This document shows, one piece after another, positions 35,201-43,994 of a DNA stretch of 64,000 nucleotides (the stretch's first letter is position 1; each line of letters starts with the position of its first letter). Origin of the DNA: Patescibacteria group bacterium (GTDB lineage: Bacteria; Patescibacteriota; Patescibacteriia; PEXW01); contig JBAYJA010000001.1 in NCBI GenBank assembly GCA_041665345.1, positions 9,206 through 73,205 of the forward strand. Reading direction: 5' to 3'. Position numbers and translations under genes: made by a program. Under the pieces are notes generated by a model. It saw only the letters and a list, made by a program, of their open reading frames with translations, did no database searches and was not told the DNA's origin.

Positions 35201-37261
35201 TTGTTTGCTACACTACTCCTACCTATGTCCACTGTGATTCTCCACCGCCGGCCAGCCAAGGACCTTAAAATTGACTACGCCAAAGAGCTAAATGCTGAGC
35301 AATTTGTCGTGGTGGAAAATGGCGATGGACATGTGCTGGTTTTAGCCGGTGCCGGGTCGGGTAAGACGCGGACCATTGTCTACCGCGTGGCCTGGCTCCT
35401 GGAGCATGGCATTAGCCCAGACCGGATTTTGCTGGTCACGTTTACCAACAAAGCCGCTCGGGAAATGCTCACCCGCATTCAAGAGCGCTTGGGCGGCGTT
35501 CCGAGTCCCATTTGGGGTGGGACGTTCCACCACGTGGCCAACCGGATTCTGCGCCGCTACGCCGACCGGGTGGGCCGCACCCCCAGCTTTAGCATTCTGG
35601 ACCAGGAAGACAGCCGGAGTCTGATCAACGCGTGCATTGCAGATTTAAATATTGATACCAAGCAGCGACGCTTTCCCACGGCGAATGTTTTGAAGAACCT
35701 CATTTCCTTTTCGCGAAACACACGGCAGGATATTGCCGACATTGCTGTAGAGAAACTGCCCAACGCGCATGCAATTGTGGACCAAGTGGTCGGCGTGGCT
35801 CGGCGGTACGCCGAGCGGAAGGCGAAGCAGAACCTCATGGACTTCGATGACCTGCTCGTCCTCATGGTGGAGCTTCTGGCCAACCATGCCGATGTCCGCA
35901 CCAAGCTCCAAGAGCAGTTCCAGTACGTCCTGGTAGACGAATTTCAAGATACGAACTCTTTACAAGGCGAGCTAGTGCGCAATCTTGCCAGCAAGCACGG
36001 GAATTTGCTGGTCGTGGGGGATGACAGCCAGAGCATTTACGCCTTCCGCGGCGCAGACATAAGTAATATTTTGCAGTTCCCCAAGACCTTTCCCGAAACC
36101 AAGCAGTTTCGCCTGGAGTCCAATTACCGTTCCACCCCGCAGATCCTCAAATTGGCCAACGCAGTTATCCGGCACAACCTTGAGCAGTTCCCCAAAGAGC
36201 TCCATGCCATGCGCCCAGCCGGGGATTTGCCGCAGCTCATTCCCTGCCGGGATGATGGGCAGGAAGCCACGTTCATTGCTCAGCGCATTTTAGAATTGCA
36301 AACGAACGGCACTGCGTTTCGCGAGATGGCCGTGCTCGTGCGCGCGATTAGCCACACCCAAGCTTTGGAATTTGAGCTCGCCCAGCGGGACATTCCATAC
36401 ATTGTGCGTGGCGGCTTGCGGTTCTTTGAGCGCGCGCACATCAAGGACGTGCTGGCCTACGTGAAGTTCATTGCCAACCCAGCAGATGAAGTTGCGTGGT
36501 TACGCGCCACCACCTTACACGTCGGTGTTGGACCCAAGACCGCGGGAGAACTTTTCAACCGCGTGCAGAGCTTGGGATCGGATACTGATCTGAAGACCAT
36601 CAATTTTGTGTCGTTGGTGGACAAGCGGGGGATGAAGGGGATAGCCATGTTCCAGGCGGTGATTCGGAAGATGTTGGACACCGGAGTCATGGATGAAAAA
36701 AAGGAAAAAGTAGTGTACCTTCCGCAGGAGCTCATTCGTGTTGTGGCAACCGGGGAGTACATTGATTACCTGCGCACGCAGTACCCAGATGCGGATGAGC
36801 GTTTGCAGGACTTGGAACAGCTGGCCTTGTTTGCCAGCAAGTACAAATCCCTTAGCTCATTTCTGTCCGACGTGAGTTTGCAAGAAGCGTTCAGCGTGGG
36901 TGCGGTGAGCAGCGAGAATGATGACGCCATTGTGCTGTCCACCATCCACCAAGCCAAAGGCTTGGAATGGGAAGCAGTTTTTGTCCCTCGTCTGGTGGAA
37001 GGGAGCTTCCCCAATGGACGCGCCACGGAGGAGCGAAACGGCATTGAAGAAGAGCGACGGCTATTCTACGTGGCCACCACGCGGGCCAAGACCCACTTAG
37101 CGTTGTCCTACCCATTGGTCATCAATCCCACGGGCGCCATGCTCCTCACCCGGCCATCACGTTTCTTGGACGAAATTCCATCCAACGCCCTGGATCGGGT
37201 TGAGCTGCAGGAAGAAGGATTGGGGAATTGGGACGGGAGCGAAAGAATCATTCAGATATAA
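35201..37261 (+). CDS. UvrD/PcrA-family ATP-dependent DNA helicase.
   Basis: Walker A VLAGAGSGKTRT, VDEFQDTN, and a C-terminal UvrD_C motif VLSTIHQAKGLEWEAVFV. Confidence 0.85.
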   Translation: MFATLLLPMSTVILHRRPAKDLKIDYAKELNAEQFVVVENGDGHVLVLAGAGSGKTRTIVYRVAWLLEHGISPDRILLVTFTNKAAREMLTRIQERLGGVPSPIWGGTFHHVANRILRRYADRVGRTPSFSILDQEDSRSLINACIADLNIDTKQRRFPTANVLKNLISFSRNTRQDIADIAVEKLPNAHAIVDQVVGVARRYAERKAKQNLMDFDDLLVLMVELLANHADVRTKLQEQFQYVLVDEFQDTNSLQGELVRNLASKHGNLLVVGDDSQSIYAFRGADISNILQFPKTFPETKQFRLESNYRSTPQILKLANAVIRHNLEQFPKELHAMRPAGDLPQLIPCRDDGQEATFIAQRILELQTNGTAFREMAVLVRAISHTQALEFELAQRDIPYIVRGGLRFFERAHIKDVLAYVKFIANPADEVAWLRATTLHVGVGPKTAGELFNRVQSLGSDTDLKTINFVSLVDKRGMKGIAMFQAVIRKMLDTGVMDEKKEKVVYLPQELIRVVATGEYIDYLRTQYPDADERLQDLEQLALFASKYKSLSSFLSDVSLQEAFSVGAVSSENDDAIVLSTIHQAKGLEWEAVFVPRLVEGSFPNGRATEERNGIEEERRLFYVATTRAKTHLALSYPLVINPTGAMLLTRPSRFLDEIPSNALDRVELQEEGLGNWDGSERIIQI

Positions 37262-37278
37262 CACCAAGTTTGATTTGC

Positions 37279-37869
37279 ATGTCCCTCCCCCGGTTCCACG
37301 AAGATAGCTATGGACATTTTGTAACGACGAAGACCTTCCAAAGTCAGCGGCTATTTACTGATCCAAAAAATTGTCAGATGGTCTTAGATAATTTGGAATT
37401 TTACCGTCAGCAATTACACTTCGACGTGTTGGGGTACTGCCTCATGCCAGACCATTTCCATATGATTGTGTGGTGGGATGTGGATGCACACCCAAAGCTG
37501 ACCATTGGGAAAATTATGCAAGGCATCAAGAGCCACTCGGCGAAGGAGATTGTTACCTACCACCAACTGGGTAGGCGAGGTCCCTTGACCTCGCCTGGTG
37601 GAAAACGCCCGGGTCAAGGGACCCGGGCTACCCACCCAGGGGTATATCCCAAGCGTCGAATGAGTGTACAGACCACCCGCATCTGGCAACCCTCCTTCTA
37701 CGACTTTAACATCCATTCCGATAACAAACTCCGCCAGAAGCTCGCCTACATCCACAATAACCCGGTCACCGCAGGGCTTTGTAAAAACCCTGAAGACTGG
37801 CCGTGGTCATCCTACCGGCAGGTAGAGCTGGGTGAGCAAAGCAAAGAGGTTGCAATCACTACCTGGTAA
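37279..37869 (+). mobile_element. IS200/IS605-family Y1 (HUH) transposase of the RAYT/TnpA-REP type, carrying a 20-25-aa in-frame insertion.
   Basis: HUH motif DHFHMIVW, and a C-terminal NPVTAGLCKNPEDWPWSSY holding the catalytic Tyr region typical of RAYTs. An internal insert GRRGPLTSPGGKRPGQGTRAT is encoded by two hairpins. Confidence 0.7.
37573..37628 (+). repeat. Double-hairpin (REP/MITE-like) element inserted in-frame in the transposase gene.
   Basis: AGGCGAGGTC-CCTT-GACCTCGCCT (10-bp stem), then a 9-nt spacer, then GCCCGGGTC-AAGG-GACCCGGGC (9-bp stem). The two loops are complementary (CCTT and AAGG). Confidence 0.55.
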
Positions 37870-37870
37870 C

Positions 37871-37898
37871 AAAAAAAGACCAGCCTTGGTGGCTGGTC
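37871..37898 (-). terminator. Intrinsic terminator of the ACCAGCC family for the 37907 gene.
   Basis: GACCAGCC-ttggt-GGCTGGTC with a U-tract on the minus strand. Confidence 0.55.
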
Positions 37899-37906
37899 AA
37901 ATAGGC

Positions 37907-38311
37907 TTACTGTACGTACGGTCGAGGGTCTTTTAAGAAACGACCGCTCCTACCCACCGCAATGTACTGCGGGATCTGGGAACCCTGTTCGTAATCACGC
38001 CGCTCGGCCAGAATGACGAAATGCAAGGTGTCCATGGAGTAGCGATAGTACGAGGTGTCCAAGTCGTCCTCCGGGTACATTGCTGGCAAATTTTCGTTCC
38101 AGCGACCTTCCCGGCAAAAGTGACTTTCCTGGTTGATCATGAGTTGCAGCAAGGTGCGTTTGGCGATTCCAGCTTGCTTTTCTTGAAGCGCATTCTCATC
38201 GGAACTTGTAGTTATTCCTATGAGGGAGGCGATCATAATGAACGAGATTGTGAACAGCATGATTTTCATTTTGGTCATTCCTGTCATGTTTCCTCCAAAG
38301 TATGATTTCAT
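37907..38311 (-). CDS. Small secreted or membrane-anchored hypothetical protein.
   Basis: N-terminal signal/TM KIMLFTISFIMIASLIGI. Confidence 0.4.
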   Translation of the reverse strand: MKSYFGGNMTGMTKMKIMLFTISFIMIASLIGITTSSDENALQEKQAGIAKRTLLQLMINQESHFCREGRWNENLPAMYPEDDLDTSYYRYSMDTLHFVILAERRDYEQGSQIPQYIAVGRSGRFLKDPRPYVQ

Positions 38312-38359
38312 TTTCGTGTCACCATAGCCATGGTCAGGGGTATTGTCAAGCGCATAACA

Positions 38360-38386
38360 AAAACCAGCCTCATGGGAGACTGGTCA
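38360..38386 (-). terminator. Intrinsic terminator of the ACCAGCC family.
   Basis: ACCAGCCTC-atggga-GACTGGT, an imperfect stem, with flanking A-runs on the plus strand. Confidence 0.4.
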
Positions 38387-38393
38387 AAAAATT

Positions 38394-39023
38394 CTAAGGA
38401 ACAAATCGCTCGGGTTGCAATCCAGGGAGCCGAGACGTTGCTAAACTGATTGCGTCTAGGCTGCGTTGGAGGTGGTCGTACTCTGGATGTACGCCCTTAC
38501 TTTCATCGTAGGCGAGTGAAAATTCGTGTTGCACGCGTGCGGAGAAGTTTTCTGGATTGCCATACTTTTCGTATAGGGAACTTGCTGGGGAGATCGTTTT
38601 CCAGACAATTGCCGATGGAAAGGTATGCGCCATATCCGGGCACGTGGTGGTGATGCTGTCTGGGTACTCTAGGTAGGAGTCTGAAAAGGGACGGAGGAAG
38701 CTTCGTTCGACAATTTTTCCATTGGCATTTTGAACAAGCATCTTTTCCGGTTTCACCTTCAAGCTTATATACGTTCCGAAAACCAAAAAGAAAAGGAACA
38801 TTGTTAGAGCAAAGGCGTGCGCTCGTAAAGGCGCTGGGTTGGAACTGTTTCTTGCTATGAAGCACACCGCACTCCAAATGAGGATTAGTAGACTCGTGAA
38901 GAGCTGAGTATAGCCAGGAGACGTTCGCCCAATCGAAATTGCCCAGCCGCCAATAAGTAGATTTAGTACACATATGACGAGGAACATCCAAATCGCGTAC
39001 CAGGTCATTTTTTTCAGGTTCAT
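38394..39023 (-). CDS. Membrane protein with three TM helices and a soluble domain, paralogous to 15704-16405.
   Basis: It shares LYEKYGNPENFSARVQHEF with LFRKYGKPEIFFADFEQEC of the other copy. An upstream promoter TTGACA-17-TACGGT lies at about 39058-39086. Confidence 0.5.
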   Translation of the reverse strand: MNLKKMTWYAIWMFLVICVLNLLIGGWAISIGRTSPGYTQLFTSLLILIWSAVCFIARNSSNPAPLRAHAFALTMFLFFLVFGTYISLKVKPEKMLVQNANGKIVERSFLRPFSDSYLEYPDSITTTCPDMAHTFPSAIVWKTISPASSLYEKYGNPENFSARVQHEFSLAYDESKGVHPEYDHLQRSLDAISLATSRLPGLQPERFVP

Positions 39024-39141
39024 TTTTCCTCCAAATTTTCAAGGCTCATTCAATTTCAAGACACCGTAACAAAACAACTAGACAGTGTCAATAGCAAAGC
39101 CCCTCCATTCGTCGTCCGTTGTCTGTTGTCCGTTGTTTACT

Positions 39142-39169
39142 AAAAACCAGCCCTCGGCAGAAGGCTGGT
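39142..39169 (-). terminator. Intrinsic terminator of the ACCAGCC family.
   Basis: ACCAGCC-ctcggcaga-aGGCTGGT preceded by AAAAA on the plus strand. Confidence 0.5.
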
Positions 39170-39177
39170 CATAAGTA

Positions 39178-39675
39178 CTACAGGATCTCGTACCACGATT
39201 TCCCAATTTCTCTTTGGTAGATTGTCAGTTTATCCAGGATAAACGTCTCTTGGAAAGGTTCAGTCTGAAGCTCTGTCATTACCCGTTCTAGCTCGGGATT
39301 CGGAATGCCGCGGGCAATGGAAATATGGAAAACAATTTTTTTCCTTTCCAGTGGCTCACGAAGTTGGGACAGGTCTTCCTTCAACACCCGCAGTAATTCC
39401 TCAAGATCCGGGCTGAAAATTTTCAGGCAGGCGACATTCTCTTTTTGGTTCTGGAAAGAACTGTAGCCCTGGATTTTTATCCGAGCCTCCAACAAAGAGC
39501 CTGCTTGATTTAAGACACTCGCCTTTGTGCTAAAGCCAGGCACCTGAAACGGCGGGACAATGGTGATATGCGGTGGCAGCATTTGCTTCCGAAACTGCCA
39601 CCGAGCTTGCATCATCGCAATGCGGCTTTTCAGCGGCTCTGGGACAAGGCCGACAATCAGGTATTCGTAGATCAT
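39178..39675 (-). CDS. thpR: RNA 2',3'-cyclic phosphodiesterase / 2'-5' RNA ligase (2H phosphoesterase, LigT-like).
   Basis: Two H-x-T/S-x motifs (HITIV and HISIA) at the spacing expected for 2H enzymes. Start refined to MIYEYLIVG at 39675. Confidence 0.7.
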   Translation of the reverse strand: MIYEYLIVGLVPEPLKSRIAMMQARWQFRKQMLPPHITIVPPFQVPGFSTKASVLNQAGSLLEARIKIQGYSSFQNQKENVACLKIFSPDLEELLRVLKEDLSQLREPLERKKIVFHISIARGIPNPELERVMTELQTEPFQETFILDKLTIYQREIGKSWYEIL

Positions 39676-39837
39676 GGCGTATTCCTTATGGGAAGAACAT
39701 TTTTCCAATACATTTTTTAGGTAGTGAGCGTAGCAAATGTGCAGTCGGGGGTCAATGGTACGGCCTACACAAAAATATGTATGTGTTTAAATGAAAAAGC
39801 TCAGCTGCGGTGTTGCAACTGAGCTAAGGGTTCAATT

Positions 39838-40656
39838 TTATTCTTGAGCTTGGAATGCCCAGTGCACCCAGGCAATCGGCACATCTGCTTGTTTTGCTAA
39901 TTCTTCAACACTCATATTGAGTTGCAGACGACACTGGTTTGCCTCGCGTATATCACCGTCATCCCAGCGTCGCTGTACTGGTGATTCGGCGTACGCCCGA
40001 CGGAGCGCGTGGACAGCCCCATTTTGCCAGCCTTGCCTCCGGAGTTCTTCCAAGTCCTCGCGACTAGTCCCTAACCAGTGCAGAAAGCCCGGGATCGTGT
40101 CACGCGCAATGAGGTATCCAACTGTACTTTCAACAGAAAAAGAATCTACTCGTTCCAAGGCTCTTTCATAGCTATGCCGTAAATCGTAGAGGAAGCAAGA
40201 ATCTTCCACCATCTGGAGCTGTGTGAGGGTTGGTTCCAGACCGCCAAACAAGCACCCATCTTTCTGCATGGCTTGTCGGAGTCGTTTCGTTAATGCACGC
40301 GCATCGGAGCAAGCCCACTCGTCACTGTAGTCTAAAGTTTTAAGTGTTTGCCACAGCCGCTGTGCGTCGTATGATTCTGACAGGCAAATGAGCGAGTCAA
40401 CGTGCAGTGAGTCAGGACCGAAACTTTCTCCCAGCATAGTGACTTTTAAGAATCGAAGGGAATCCAGAGCCTGCCGACGAATGAGGTCCTCTTGGTAGCT
40501 TTGTTCCATTGATTGCATTCGACTTGTGTATGCCTGAGAAACCTCACGTTTTTTCTGCGCTACCGGATCCATTTTTTGCTTCTCGCAATACACCAGCAGC
40601 GACGACAAAATGACAATGAACAATAGGCGGACAGCCCAATAATGTCTACTCAACAT
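39838..40656 (-). CDS. Hypothetical secreted protein.
   Basis: N-terminal signal peptide VRLLFIVILSSLLVYC. No motif. Confidence 0.4.
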   Translation of the reverse strand: MLSRHYWAVRLLFIVILSSLLVYCEKQKMDPVAQKKREVSQAYTSRMQSMEQSYQEDLIRRQALDSLRFLKVTMLGESFGPDSLHVDSLICLSESYDAQRLWQTLKTLDYSDEWACSDARALTKRLRQAMQKDGCLFGGLEPTLTQLQMVEDSCFLYDLRHSYERALERVDSFSVESTVGYLIARDTIPGFLHWLGTSREDLEELRRQGWQNGAVHALRRAYAESPVQRRWDDGDIREANQCRLQLNMSVEELAKQADVPIAWVHWAFQAQE

Positions 40657-40802
40657 TTCACCCTCCAGTCAATTTTGAATAAGCTTTTTTAAAATTCACC
40701 CAACCTTACCAACCTGCCCTGAGGTTGTCAAATGGAGTGAAAATGTATTTTTTAATCTCCGGGCATGGCAGCTCAGACCCAGGAGGAGTACAATACCTCC
40801 GC

Positions 40803-42077
40803 ATGCCCAAAGACCTCTTTGACCACAAACTGGAAATGGATGTTGCCCAGCACGCTCCGCTGGCGGATCGTTTGCGTCCCAGTAAATTAGACGACTTTGT
40901 TGGCCAGGAGGAAATCGTGGGTGAAGGGAAGCTGCTTCGCAAAGCCATTGCCAACGATGAGCTCTTCTCCATGATTTTTTGGGGACCGCCGGGCAGTGGG
41001 AAAACCACTCTGGCGCGGATCATCGCCCAGCTCACCAAGTCGTACTTTGTGCAAATGTCCGCGGTGACCAGCGGCATTGCGGATTTACGTAAGGTTGTGG
41101 AATATGCCAAAGAGCGTCGCAAGCTACACGGAACCCGCACTATTTTGTTTGTCGATGAAATTCATCGGTGGAACAAAGCCCAGCAAGATGCGTTCTTGCC
41201 ACACGTAGAAGATGGGACAGTGGTTTTGATTGGCGCTACAACCGAGAATCCTTCCTTTGAAATTATTAGTCCGCTCCTCTCCCGAACACGCGTTTTCGTA
41301 ATGAAACGCTTGGGCATTCCCGAGCTTTCAAAAATTGTGAAGCGCGCACTATCCGATAAAGATCGCGGTTTGGGCAAACACAAAGTTGCGATTGCAGCCA
41401 AGGCTTTGGATTTGCTGCTCAGTGCGGGGAATGGCGACGCACGAACTGTACTCAATGCTTTGGAAATCGCAACGAAAGCAGCCAAGGCGGACAGCAAAGG
41501 GAAGAAGCATGTGGGTCTACCGGACATGGAAGACGCACTCCAACATAAAGCGCTGCAGTACGACAAACATGGGGAGGAGCACTACAATGTCATATCCGCG
41601 TTCATCAAATCCATGCGTGGGTCAGATCCAGATGCCGCGCTCTACTGGTTGCACCGCATGGTGGAAGCCGGTGAGGACCCGGAGTTCATTGCTCGGCGCA
41701 TGGTGGTCTTCGCCTCCGAAGACGTTGGCTTGGCTGACCCAAATGCGCTTACCGTGGCCATTAATGTGATGCAGGCCGTAAAGCTGATTGGTTACCCAGA
41801 GTGTCAGATCAACCTTTCTCACGGCTGTGTGTACTTGGCCAACGCGCCAAAAGATAACTCGACGTACAAGGGTATGCTCGCAGCCAAGCAGGACGTGAAG
41901 GAGAGCATGAACGAGCCAGTGCCGCTGCACTTACGTAATGCGGTTACCGATCTGATGAAAGATTTAGATTATGGGAAGGATTACAAGTACTCGCATGACT
42001 TCGCAGCTGAAGAGGGGAAGCAAGACTATTTGCCCAAGAAGTTGAAGGGGAAGAAGTACTGGGAGAAGAAGGTATAG
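40803..42077 (+). CDS. rarA: Replication-associated recombination protein A (AAA+ ATPase). The ORF track's alternative start at 40725 is less likely.
   Basis: PLADRLRP..LDDFVGQ, Walker A GPPGSGKTT, Walker B VLFVDEIHRWNKAQQD, and C-terminal MgsA domains. Confidence 0.85.
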   Translation: MPKDLFDHKLEMDVAQHAPLADRLRPSKLDDFVGQEEIVGEGKLLRKAIANDELFSMIFWGPPGSGKTTLARIIAQLTKSYFVQMSAVTSGIADLRKVVEYAKERRKLHGTRTILFVDEIHRWNKAQQDAFLPHVEDGTVVLIGATTENPSFEIISPLLSRTRVFVMKRLGIPELSKIVKRALSDKDRGLGKHKVAIAAKALDLLLSAGNGDARTVLNALEIATKAAKADSKGKKHVGLPDMEDALQHKALQYDKHGEEHYNVISAFIKSMRGSDPDAALYWLHRMVEAGEDPEFIARRMVVFASEDVGLADPNALTVAINVMQAVKLIGYPECQINLSHGCVYLANAPKDNSTYKGMLAAKQDVKESMNEPVPLHLRNAVTDLMKDLDYGKDYKYSHDFAAEEGKQDYLPKKLKGKKYWEKKV

Positions 42078-42193
42078 AGCCGCCTGCCCACCGAAGCTTC
42101 TGAGCGAAGGAGGGTAAGGCCATAGAGTCGTAAGTAAATACAATGCACCCAAGCAGCACGTTCTCTAACGTGCGGTGTTTGTTCGTTGTTTAC

Positions 42194-42224
42194 AAAAAAA
42201 CCAGCCTCCGGTGAAAGAGGCTGG
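42194..42224 (-). terminator. Intrinsic terminator of the ACCAGCC family.
   Basis: CCAGCCTC-cggtgaaa-GAGGCTGG preceded by AAAAAAA on the plus strand. Confidence 0.55.
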
Positions 42225-42250
42225 CAGATGAACGTGCTGTATCGTTGCAA

Positions 42251-43015
42251 TTAATGGTGACAGTGCTTAGTTTTTGATGTGAATTCCTGCTTTCGTGGGA
42301 ATGGTCGGATATCATCCTTTTCTGCATAGGTGAGGATGCGTTCGATTTCACCCTCTACCTTTTCTGCAGTTGGGAATGAACAAACCTTCCGTGGAACACC
42401 GATAACCGGGAGCTTGTACTGAGCATGTTTCCTCGCCGCCGCCGCAGTCCGCCGCACGCGCGGGACATGGTACCAGGTTGTGACAACCAGGATGCGCCAA
42501 TGGTCAATTATTTGTCGTAAATCATGGGCACCGTTGAACATATACGGGATTTTGTTGAAAGCTTCAAATTGCGTTTTGGTGTTGGCAGCCCCGCGCTTCC
42601 CACAGTCAAGGAGAATAATATTCGTTGCTGGCCAACCGGTCTGAAGTGTCACTTCAACCATCATTGGCAGCTGCTCGGTCTCACCGTTGAGAATGAGTAG
42701 GTAACCCTCTTCTTGAATCACTTTGGCAGTTATTTGCCGATTTGGTTTGCCCGCTTTACGCAGGTAAGACTTTAGGAGTTGATGGAGGAGCCAAACTGTC
42801 CATTCAACTCGGACGATATTTTCCTCCGTCTTTTCTAGCACTCGTTGCTTTGATCCGACTTCCTGCAGTGGCTTTGGCGGAGCAGAAAGCACCATCGCAG
42901 CTTTAACTGTATCAGAGAGAAGATCAAATTCTTCTTCCGTAAGCGCTTGGTTTTCCACAGCTACAAATTCCTCTAGCAGCACTTCCCGCGTCAACACTCG
43001 TTTTGTCAATGACAA
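42251..43015 (-). CDS. DUF218 (YdcF/SanA/ElyC-like) domain protein.
   Basis: VTTWYHVPR resembles the DUF218 VTSxxHMxRA hallmark, and NTKTQFEAF resembles NTxENA. This is a tentative call. Confidence 0.4.
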   Translation of the reverse strand: MSLTKRVLTREVLLEEFVAVENQALTEEEFDLLSDTVKAAMVLSAPPKPLQEVGSKQRVLEKTEENIVRVEWTVWLLHQLLKSYLRKAGKPNRQITAKVIQEEGYLLILNGETEQLPMMVEVTLQTGWPATNIILLDCGKRGAANTKTQFEAFNKIPYMFNGAHDLRQIIDHWRILVVTTWYHVPRVRRTAAAARKHAQYKLPVIGVPRKVCSFPTAEKVEGEIERILTYAEKDDIRPFPRKQEFTSKTKHCHH

Positions 43016-43126
43016 CCTCCTTCTAGGTTTTGCGTTTTTGTTCCAGCCACCGTATCATGTATCTTGTAGTTCGTCAATTGTGTTAGGGGCGGGCTGCATT
43101 AGACATTAAAAAAATATTAGCACAAT

Positions 43127-43156
43127 AAAAAAACCAGCCTCGGTGAGGAGACTGGT
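43127..43156 (-). terminator. Intrinsic terminator of the ACCAGCC family.
   Basis: ACCAGCCTC-ggtgagg-AGACTGGT preceded by AAAAAAA. Confidence 0.45.
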
Positions 43157-43176
43157 ATAAAGGACAAAATATGTAG

Positions 43177-43905
43177 CTATCCGGTGAAGGTCAGAAGACC
43201 CAGTTCCCGGAGCGCAGCGTAGCCAGTATCCCGGCCACCTGCTTCGTTATCGTACGAATTCGCGAGAAAGATCCAGTACTCAGCGAGCGGCATCAGCACA
43301 GGCTGCAGCTGTTCATTGCTATCCAAATGCATGGAGGTAATGATTGGCTCGTCGTTAGGACCGTACGCGGGGGTGCCAAGGAAGGGGAAGAAACGTTCGG
43401 TACTTTTTCGACCACTCAGACCCAAACCATTCGGGCTGGAGAGGGGAGTAACAGACGTGAGTTGCACGCCGGTTTCCTGTTGGGTTTCCCGCAAGGCACA
43501 GTCTGCCATAGACTCGCCTTTCTCTGGTATGCCCGCGGGTGGGGTGAGGGACACCTGCTCGAAACCGTGTTTGAATTCGCCGGTGAGGAGCACGTAGGAT
43601 TCCTCGGGCGCGCGTAAGAGAATAAACGTACACGCCCAGTTCTTCGCTCTGGTTCGGCACCAAAGGTCAGAACCTCCATCCAGCGTGACCACCTCGATTT
43701 TTGGTGCGTAGGCAAGTTGCTTGCGCTGGTTCGGCAGTAGTTCCTCGGGATTGAGCGTTTCTAGGGGCTGGATATTGGTAACCAGCTTCTGCTGAATGCC
43801 AAGGGTTTGCAGCACCTCGTAAACGTTCGTGGCAGTGACGATGGGGAAGCCCCACCGCATTGGGATTGTAGCTGTTTCCACGGGAAGCAGCCTTTCCACT
43901 AGCAC
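43177..43905 (-). CDS. NUDIX-domain protein with an N-terminal unknown domain; paralog 1.
   Basis: Nudix box GIPEKGESMADCALRETQQETGV. The N-terminal FPIVTATNVYEVLQTLGI block is shared with the 43995 protein. Confidence 0.55.
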   Translation of the reverse strand: MLVERLLPVETATIPMRWGFPIVTATNVYEVLQTLGIQQKLVTNIQPLETLNPEELLPNQRKQLAYAPKIEVVTLDGGSDLWCRTRAKNWACTFILLRAPEESYVLLTGEFKHGFEQVSLTPPAGIPEKGESMADCALRETQQETGVQLTSVTPLSSPNGLGLSGRKSTERFFPFLGTPAYGPNDEPIITSMHLDSNEQLQPVLMPLAEYWIFLANSYDNEAGGRDTGYAALRELGLLTFTG

Positions 43906-43994
43906 GGCTAGTGGCTAACAGGTTAGCGATACCTCTCGAGCTCGTGTTCCCCAACCTAGGGCGAGCACAAGAGTTTGTGAAGTGTTCTACGTGC

